DNA from: Heteronotia binoei
Lineage: Eukaryota
Reading direction: 5' to 3'
DNA: 64,000 bases
Assembly: GCF_032191835.1 (NCBI RefSeq)
Contig: NW_026800101.1
Coordinates: forward strand, 124,001-188,000
Shown here: positions 55,574 through 64,000 of the stretch, piece after piece
Layout of the letters: each line of letters opens with the position of its first letter
Numbering within the stretch: the stretch's first letter is position 1
Made by a program: the position numbers and the translations under genes
The notes under the pieces: generated by a model
Database searches by the model: none
What the model was told of the DNA's origin: nothing
The model's input: only the letters and a program-made list of their open reading frames with translations

Positions 55574-56401
55574 AGCATCATCACAGGAATTTTAAAAGGG
55601 GGAAAAGGCAGAATTAGAAGTTTACAAAGTAGAGGGGGAGGAGAGAAAATATGTCAACCCACAGAAGAACCTCCCCCACTTGCCCTTCCCAGAACGGTTG
55701 TAGATTGAGACTCCTTTCATTCTTATATTGTACAAGAGTTAAATAGAGAACAAAGGCATACAGAGGCAACAGTTTACAGAGTGCAGAAAAGATTTTTCTT
55801 CAGAGAAAACCATGGCACATCTTCCTCTGATACTCAGCTGCCACTCTGTGAGGCTCCAATACTATAGATAAAATGTCCCAGACTTCCAAAAGATGTAAAT
55901 TCACACAAATTCACACAAACCTCTACAGCCTGATCAATCCAATGTTGGCCCTAGGCTGAAGCCAGAACATGTAACTTATATGGTGAACCCAATGTGGATC
56001 TGCAAAGTGAATTCATGGGACAAATTCATTCTTCCAGTTTCCCGGGAAAACTTGCCTTTTTTGATTGGCTGGTCCTTGTGACAATCACAAAGCCACACCC
56101 CCTGTTCCCCAGAGCAACACTTTATGTTTTTTGTTTTTAATAAGCAATAAGTGGATCACTAAGCCAGGGAACTGGGAAAGAAAAGACTGAAATCTTGCCT
56201 GAAGTTTGATGAGGAGGGAAGGAAAAATGTGCTGGCACCTGATCCAAGTAAGTTTGTCAGCAGACATGATGGGGAAGGAGAAAGCAGAGCTTACCCTGCA
56301 GCAGAAAAGTATGATCAACTCTTGGGAGAAGATGGGAGTAGATCTTACCCCTATACTGAGCAATTTTTTTTAATTAAAATACCTTTACCCCACGGTTTAC
56401 C

Positions 56402-56595
56402 CAGGACTTTTTCCCCAGCAGGAATGCAATTCTGGCTGGTTTGGCATAAGGGGACATGGCTTAATATAAAAATGAGTTCATGTTGGACTTTTTCTACAAA
56501 AAAAAAGCCCTGTGTGAAACAATGGTGACATCAGGGATGTGTGGCCTAATATACAATGAGTTCCTGCTGGGCTTTTTCTACAAAAAAAAGCCCTG
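56402..56595. mobile_element. MITE with CAGGGCTTTTTT-type TIR
   Basis: CAGGACTTTT...AAAAAAAGCCCTG; internal duplication; shares CATCAGGG-TGTGTGGCCTAA with 57384-57554; no clear TSD. Confidence 0.65.
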
Positions 56596-56610
56596 CCTGT
56601 ACCCCACCCC

Positions 56611-56745
56611 TGACCAATAGCCCAGGCCAGCTCGATCCTGTCAGATCTTGGAACCTAAACAGGGACAAACTCCAAGGAATACCAGGGGTATGACGCAGAG
56701 GCAGGCAATGACAAAGCCACCTCTGAAATGTCTCTTGCCTAAAAA
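56611..56745 (+). mobile_element. 5S rRNA-derived SINE fragment
   Basis: AGCCCAGGCCAGCTCGATCCTGTCAGATCTTGGAACCTAAACAGGG. Confidence 0.65.
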
Positions 56746-57383
56746 CAAAGTCTAGCTCACCACGTAGTGGTACATAATGCTAAAAGAGCTAGAACTTCTG
56801 GCTGCCAAACAATCTTAGGATCTCCTAGTTATATTACACACAATGCCATATGGTAATTATTACCCCCATCTTTTCTTTTGGTTCATGTCTGAAGCCTTCT
56901 CCCAATCTAAGGAGATTTCTTGCAAATTAAGCGGCTCTTCCCCTGGAGAAAGAGTCACTTAAAGTGAAAGAAGGCTTCTTAGGCTGGAGGCAGGGTACTT
57001 GGAGGATGGATGAATGCACTCAGATATGTCTGCCTTCACCCTTCATTCCAAACTTCATTGGACCAACCCAATGGACTGTTCTCAAAACTGCTTAAGATCT
57101 GGCAGTATTTTTGCAAGCCACTATGTTGCTTCATTCCCCATTCTATTTGGTAATGCAACTGGCTACAGAAAACGTACACGAGCTGGTTAAAAAGCAGCCA
57201 CATACAAAATTTAGTGACTCATTCTTCCTTGTTATAGATACAAACTCCTCCTCCTCCTCCATTTGGTTCTCAGTTTGCAAAACTTAAGCCTGCCTAACTG
57301 TGCCCCACAATCAGAGGTGAAGGGAGCACCCTCGGTTTAGATACCTGCCATCTGAAGACAGAGAGCCCTCAGATACTAACACA

Positions 57384-57554
57384 CAGGGGTTGAATTCTAG
57401 CAGGAGTTCCTTTGCATATTAGGCCACACACCCCTGATGTAGCCAATCCTCCAAAAGCTTACCAAAAAGAGCCTTATAAGCTCTTGGAGGATTGGCTACA
57501 TCAGGGGTGTGTGGCCTAAAATGCGAAGGAGCTCCTGCTAGAATTCCACCCCTG
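57384..57554. mobile_element. Palindromic hAT-type MITE, 171 bp
   Basis: 78-bp arms (73/78 complementary) with a 15-nt spacer; perfect 8-bp TSD CTAACACA at 57376-57383 and 57555-57562. Confidence 0.92.
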
Positions 57555-59126
57555 CTAACACATGAATGGCCAGGTGGCGGGAAGCTCCAGTGGCACAGGA
57601 AAAGGGTACTTATACCACGCCTGGACTAGAACAGAAGGGCATCCAGGGTTGAATGTAGCATAGAACCAGGCTGGTACACCTGTTACTCTCTCCATTTCTA
57701 CTTGCTTCTTTGCGTGCTCAGTAGCAACAAAAGTACACCAAGGCACCAATGCGGATGCATGCATATACACGCATACATACTTCAATGCACACTAGAGTTG
57801 CAGTCTCTTAGACTTTGGACATGAGATATGGTACATTTGTCCAAAAAAGGCTAGCTACCGCCACCACAGTAGCATTATATGGCATGTTGATATGCAGGGC
57901 CTAACATTAGCCACTGACAGAGATGATAAAACTTGACCCCAGATGGGTTAGCTTGGAGCTCTTTCTCCCTAGTGAAGGAAGTTCAGACTCGCCTAAAATT
58001 CCAGATCTCTAGCTTTGAGAGAAAGGCGAGTAATTCCAAATACAGCAGTTTACAGGTCATTTTTTTTTTAAAGTCATTTCCAGTTGAGCGCTGATCAATA
58101 CAAAAGCTACTTACTAAGCAAACAACAAAAAAACCAAACCAATCCATCTCTCTTTCACACATGCACACAAATACACAAACACACACACTGCTTGCATTCT
58201 CTTCTCCCACCCCCAACCCCCCGGTTTCTTTCTTTCTTTTCTTTTTTTTTTACAAAAGACAAGTTATTTTAATAGTTGTGTTTAACAAAAGCACTGAGGC
58301 TATAAGATGCAGGAACCAACACACCTGGGGCCCTGCCCAGAACAATCAGATATGAAAGTCATCAGTTGAAAATTATTTTTTTAAAAAACCTAAATTTCAT
58401 TTCAAGATATTTAAAAGTTCTGCTATTAATTCAATACTCAGTGTAGAAATCAACATTCCCCCCTCAGATCCAGCCCACCCACCCCCAAACACACAGTATT
58501 CGGTTTAATAGCAAAAAGTCAGTCATCTCTCACACAAACCACTGCAGAGAGGGAGAACTGAAGGATTCATTAAACTAGTAAGTCAACAGATGAAAGGATT
58601 ATTGCTCAGAAGTTCTCCTCGAAAGGGCACATTAAACAAGAGCAAGAGAGTGACTTGTTTAATAAGGACAGAGAAAGGACAAAAGCTAATGCTAATATAG
58701 CTTAAGTTTCTCTTGCCTTCTGGAGGAAATCAGAAAATGGGTTGCATCCTGGCATGAAAACTTCACTCTCCAGGAGGGCTGGGATGACCTGCTTATCTGG
58801 ATTTTCTCATACAATAATTGTATTATTGTTTTATGCCCACTCAAAGCACCTGGAATTGGAGAATGATTGGGAATGGGTGGTAGCAATAGTGGAGAATTTA
58901 GCATCCCAGGAAAAGAGCGATGTCCCCATTTCAGGAAGGTGAACACACAGAATCAGTACTTCCTGTGCATAACATATGGGGGCAAAATGCCTGGTATCCC
59001 TCCTGACACTTCCAACTCAGAGGCAAAGGCTGGAAAGCACTGTTCCCTCTAAGCTGGGCACATGAGCAGCCACTCATTAACTCAGGAAGCCCTGCTCAGC
59101 AACAATCTGGAGTCATGCAGGGTCAT

Positions 59127-59404
59127 GAGAACCAGTTTGGTGTAGTGGTTAAGTGCGCGGACTCTTATCTGGGAGGACCGGGTTTGATTCCTCTCTCCTC
59201 CACTTACACCTGCTGGAATGGCCTTGGGTCAGCCATAGCCTTCACAGGAGCTGTCCTTAAAAGGGCAGCTGCTGTAAAAGCTCTCTCAGCCCCACCTACC
59301 TCACAGGGTGTTTGTTGTGGCGGGGGGGGGGAGGTAGATTGTGACCGCTCTGAGAGTCTGAGATTCAGAGTATAGGGCAGGATATAAATCCAATATCTTC
59401 TTCT
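59127..59404 (+). mobile_element. Squam3-like SINE, antisense within the putative PXN 3' UTR
   Basis: Same family as 2411-2693. Confidence 0.9.
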
Positions 59405-60067
59405 TGCACTGCCCATTTTAAGATTACAACAGTTATATTCTGCTCAGGATGTGAACCACTCCACTCAGTAGGGGGGAAATTAGAAGGAACATTGGCGGAA
59501 AGAGAGCTGAATGCATGTCTGTGCCACTGAAATCACCACCCAGAATCTTGCACAGATCAGCACCTACAAATATAGCTCTCGTAGTACCTCCCTGGAAAAT
59601 GGGATCTCTACTCTCCTGTTCTCCCATGTGTTCTTGGGAGAGAAAAATTCACACCTCCTGTCTCCAAGCTGAATCCATTTTGCACAGTCTGAATCCTCAC
59701 TATCAAGAACACACAATGCAACCAGCCCAGGCTTGTCTTTCAAAACCCTCCCACATGAATCCCCTTGGCTTGGCTCAGCTGTCAGTCTGCGCCATTAGCA
59801 GCAGCCCTCAGCATTCCCCTGCTAAAAATACACCTTTGAACTGAATGGACCATTGGACATCTCTCTCTGGATTCCTCCTCTTTCCAAAGCAGCAGGTAAG
59901 CATCCCTGTCCCATTTCATTCTACCCTTCACATACACACACACCACACACACACACATATCCTTCTCCTCTTCCAGCCCACCTAGGCCACTGGTGGCTGA
60001 ATTGTGGCCATGTTCAAAGAGCTGGGTTCTTCCTGACAGAATAGCAAAACAACGCTGACTCCAGCCT

Positions 60068-60334
60068 TTAACAGAAGAGTTTCAGGAAGCAGTTCTGGCA
60101 GTAGGGCTTGTCATTCTGCTCCTTGAAGGTTCCTTTGTTGAGCTGCTTGAGACAGAAGGCACAGACGAAGTGTTCCGGATGAAATTTCTTGGCCATCGCA
60201 GTAATGCAACGCCCTGTGATGGGCTTCTGGCAGCCGGAGCACAGCGAGCCACGGCGCTCGTGGTAATGCACCTCACAGTAAGGCTGCCCATCATGTTCAA
60301 AGAAGCTGCCATTGACAAAGGGAGTGAAACATTC
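60068..60334 (-). CDS. PXN: Paxillin last coding exon (end of LIM3, LIM4, stop)
   Basis: tag|[91 protein letters not shown]. Confidence 0.97.
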   Translation of the reverse strand, partial: ECFTPFVNGSFFEHDGQPYCEVHYHERRGSLCSGCQKPITGRCITAMAKKFHPEHFVCAFCLKQLNKGTFKEQNDKPYCQNCFLKLFC

Positions 60335-60539
60335 CTATGAGGGAGGAGAAGGGCATCATCAGCAAATTAAGGGAAAAGAAAAAAGCACAGCGTTAGTTGC
60401 AAAGAGAGGCTCCATTCTAGGGAACATCAAGAGCAATTCTTACTCCACTCTAAAGAAGACAGAGGAGGTAAGCAGCCATTACTGCATCAGCCGTTTCCCA
60501 GTGTTTTTTTTTTAATAGAGGCAACCAGTTTGTTCCAGC

Positions 60540-61400
60540 AGCTTTAAAAATCTGTAAGGCCAAACTAATACCACAGTTATTGTATGGTATTCCAACTTGG
60601 ATTAATGCCTTTGAGTCCAATATCAAAAGAGTTCAGTCCAAATTTGTTAGGAAAATCATGGGCTTACCATTCTGCGTCTCATTTGCCACTCTTTGTCTAG
60701 AAACAGGCCTCAGTATGTTAGAAACTAGAGCATGGCTTATGTCAATCAAATATTGGCTACATGTGCACTATTCCACTAACTGTGGGAGTTATTTATATCA
60801 AATGCCTCGTCCAAATGGATTTCCTGCTCAGAGATGAAAATAATCACCTTAGGTTTGTCTATGGATTCTCTTTATATGCTTCCTCTTACAAACGCATATT
60901 ATTTAATTAAACGCAGATATTGAATTATAAAAACTAATGAGTGCTGCAAATAAATCTTGCTGCCCTCTGAATTTTGGAATTTCCCCAACTATTGGTTATT
61001 TGCCTTCTTATTAAACAACTCTCCATGTTCCAAAATTGTGTAGAGCATTTACCCTTGCCAGATGCAATACAATTCCATCAGCAGTTATCTATGGTAGATA
61101 TACAAAAATCCCACTTTTATTAAGACTTTGTATATGTAATTTAAAACAATGAGAGCTTTCACAGTTCTGCAGGGCCTGTAAAATGGCACTCTTCCGCCAT
61201 GCCTTCCCGTAATGGTAACTCCTATAGCAACAAATTAGGCCCATAAATCTAAACATTACTCTGGATTTATCTTACCATGCTATGGCAACCTGGGGTCCTC
61301 TTTGGAACATCTAATACTGACCATCCAGTTATATTGTTTCCATTGAAATGTTAACTGTTTGTATGAACTACTGCACTAGCACCTATTGATACTGATGTTT
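60540..61400 (+). mobile_element. Decayed non-LTR retrotransposon ORF2 C-terminal fragment (clade uncertain, RTE-X/L2-like) in the last PXN intron
   Basis: ORF 60580-60837 YGIPTW...IKRVQSKFVRKIMGLP...LCLETGL...AWLMSIKYWL; downstream ARCNTIPSAVIYGRY...RLCIC remnant. Confidence 0.65.
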
Positions 61401-61897
61401 TAATAATTGTTTTTATGTTTTATTGCTGTTTTATCTTGTTTGGTTATTGTTTGACCCCAACCTGTAAGCCGCCCTCAGCCTGCCTTCGGTGGGCAGGGCA
61501 GGATATTAAATAAATAAATAAATAAATAAAATGATTATTGCAGAATACTACAATCCTATTCCATTATAGGGACATCCTCTTGGAGCGTTCTAATCTGATA
61601 CAGATTAGAATGCCCTTCTGAACATCATTGTTTTGCACATTCTTCAGAATGACAGAAGTAATTTTGAAGCAAAGAAAGCTAATATTATTCATTTGAAAGT
61701 TTTCCGAGACATGTTAAATTTCTGCAATCTTTGGGGTGTTTCAGAAGCTAATCGTATTTCTTTTATACGGACAATGGTTAATATGGGGATGTAGCCATCC
61801 TTCTGCCCCACTTTCTCCTCTATAATACCAATGGCAGCCTTGGGGATAAGCAATTTCAAAGGAAGGAAAGGAAGGGGAAAATCTGAGGTGCACTTAC

Positions 61898-62046
61898 CCG
61901 GCAGACAAAACACTCAGGGTGCCAAAGGGTATTCAAGGCGGAGATGTAATTTTCCAGGATGGCCCGGGCACAACCTCCACATTTTGGGGCAAACATGTCA
62001 AAGTAATCCTTGCGACAGTAGGCCTTACCATCTTTCTCATGAAAGC
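61898..62046 (-). CDS. PXN: Paxillin penultimate coding exon (end of LIM2, LIM3)
   Basis: cag|[50 protein letters not shown]|gtaagt; upstream exons lie outside the window. Confidence 0.96.
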
Positions 62047-63118
62047 CTGCCATGGGAGGAAGAGACAAAACAAAAAAGTCAGCTCGAGCTTGACCTTTGT
62101 ACTTTAGCCTATAATCTTGCAAATTTATAAACTATTTTTCTGAAGGTCAAATTGGTATACAGAAAATACAACAAATTAAGATAAAAAATTAAAAGAACCA
62201 ATGCAAGCCCCCCACACACACACACATACACAAAATTACTATTGTAACAAACAGAAAATGCCCAGTTGAAATACTAGGCTGCAAGGTGGAAGGTCTGAAA
62301 AAATAAGAACATGATTGCTTAGTATGAAAAATTCCACAAAGATATTGCTCAATGACCCATCTTGAACACTGTTGGTGCAGTGCTGGATTTGAGAAAAGAA
62401 AAACAGAGAGGGGAAAGAAACATAACCCAAAAACTGGAATCAAGAACCTAAAGGTTAATATACAATAAGGGCCAAAAATTAAAAGCAGAATTTAAAATAA
62501 CAGCCCAAAATACGTGTATTTATTACTGAAAGTTAAAAGCATTTAGAGGCCCATCATTAGAATCCTGTGCTGCATTTGGTCTGAGCTTACATTGATTTAA
62601 CATCCTAAAAGGGTAGGAACTGGTGTAAATCTTCTCAAAAACCTTTAACAAAGGGTCACAAAGGAGAAAGTGCTTCTTGGAGATTCTCCCCTCGAAGCTA
62701 CATATTGCATTATTCAAGAGGAAAAAATGGGAGGTAAGCTGCAGCACATTCGTTGACATTAAACAGGTCATTTCTCTTTGGGGGAGGCTCAGAGAATGCA
62801 TTCCATCGTCACAAGGTTTAATCAATAGTCAGATTTAGATTAGAAACACTAGCTGGTGATTCCTGAAGAGGTCTTGCTGATTTTGTGCCATTTGGATTGT
62901 TCAAAGTGATTCAGATACTGTGGCATGATCCCTATTTCTACTATTTGTTATACTGAATACTTTTAATACAGACAAGGGTGAACTGAAGCGTTGGCTTGTC
63001 ATGCCAAATTGCTGTGAGAAGGACTAAAACTTGGATTTCCAACTTCTTACATCACAGCAATCCATTTGATGTATATTTCAAATATCAGCAGTTCCCTATT
63101 CTTGGAAACATCAAGCAT

Positions 63119-63297
63119 GCATATGAAGCTGCTCTGTACTGAGCAATACCTACTCAGGTCAGTACCGCTTACTTTGAAGGGCAGCTGCTCAGGTCTTCCC
63201 CAGCATCTACTACCTAAGAACCTTCAGCTGGAGATGCCTGGGAGTGAACCTGGGGAGCTCAGCACGAAAAGCACGTGCTTCAGCACTGAGCCAGAGC
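63119..63297 (-). mobile_element. Diverged Squam2-like SINE
   Basis: CATATGAAGCTGC...GGAGATGCCTGGGAGTGAACCTGG...CACTGAGCC. Confidence 0.7.
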
Positions 63298-63605
63298 TCC
63301 TTCATTCACAGCATTTTTGAATGGAGAGTAAGTTTTGAGCTAGGGTTTGGGTGAGCAGTCAGATCTTTGACTCCAACTGATTGTGACTGCAGCGGAGTTG
63401 CAGATTTTGGCAGTTAGCAAAATTGTCTTTGGGCTTATGAAAGTTTAATTTCAGATATGCTGTGCTTTTTTGTGTTAAGTGCCATCAAACTGCTTCCGAC
63501 TTATAGTGATCTTATGAATAAATAACCTCCAAAACCTATTGTTAACAGCCATTCACAGGCCTTGCAAATTGCAGACTGTGGCTTCTTTTTGGTTTTTTTT
63601 CTAAA

Positions 63606-63827
63606 TATGTGTGTGCGTGTGTGCACCTGGAAGTCACGGTAACCTCTGGTGACTGTCCCTACTGGGGGCCTGCAGGAATTGCAGTGTGGTGGTTGAATAA
63701 AGCCTGCCCCTGTCTTCCCGAGTCGACTGCTGGTATTTCAAGGTCTTCCATCCAAGTATTTGCCAGAGTTGACCCTGCTTAACTTCTGAGATCTGACGAG
63801 ATCAGGCTTGCCCAGGCTATCCGGGTC
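63606..63827 (-). mobile_element. 5S rRNA-derived SINE
   Basis: Minus strand GCCTGATCTCGTCAGATCTCAGAAGTTAAGCAGGGTCA matches 33/38 nt of vertebrate 5S rRNA as I recall it. Confidence 0.8.
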
Positions 63828-64000
63828 TGCGCTGACTGTGGGTTCTTTTATTGAGTCAATCCATCTCATTATTGAGTCCCTCTTTTCCCACTGCCTTCAG
63901 CTTTATTGTCTAGCACTGCCTAGCATTGTCTTTTCCAGTGGCTCATTTTCTCATAATGTGATCAAAGTATGACGGTCTCAATTTGGTCATTTTAGCTTCT

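Noticed and set aside
63740-63827. 5S rRNA gene
   Set aside because: Only the internal part matches 5S; it has several mismatches, non-5S flanks and multiple diverged copies, so it is a SINE head.
62047-64000. Further PXN exons (LIM1/LIM2)
   Set aside because: No sequence encoding the expected VVTALDRTWHPEHFFC-type peptide was found; the next exon lies beyond the window.

Overview
Vertebrate genomic DNA from a squamate reptile; the SINE families suggest a gecko, but the species cannot be fixed from sequence alone. Three spliced genes lie in tandem on the minus strand, in the same order as at human 12q24. (1) The last two coding exons of paxillin (PXN, LIM3/LIM4), followed by a probably long 3' UTR. 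(2) A complete RPLP0/uL10 gene with a TATA box, a 5'TOP exon 1 and 7 coding exons (315 aa). (3) The first 41 coding exons of GCN1 (5355 nt, 1785 codons, phases consistent throughout), which runs off the left edge. Most ORFs in the supplied track are spurious or are exon fragments extended into introns. Introns and intergenic DNA are dense with Squam3-, Squam2-, Sauria- and 5S-derived SINEs, hAT-type MITEs (several with 8-bp TSDs and nested insertions), CR1/L2/other LINE fragments and Penelope-like terminal repeats. Most notable: an overlapping uORF pair plus a CRE/ATF-like site just upstream of the GCN1 ATG; two GC-AG introns in GCN1; decayed hammerhead-ribozyme cores in Penelope-like repeats; a ~500-bp intronic foldback; and a 78-bp-stem palindromic MITE in the putative PXN 3' UTR. 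I found no convincing evidence of a wholly new gene or system.
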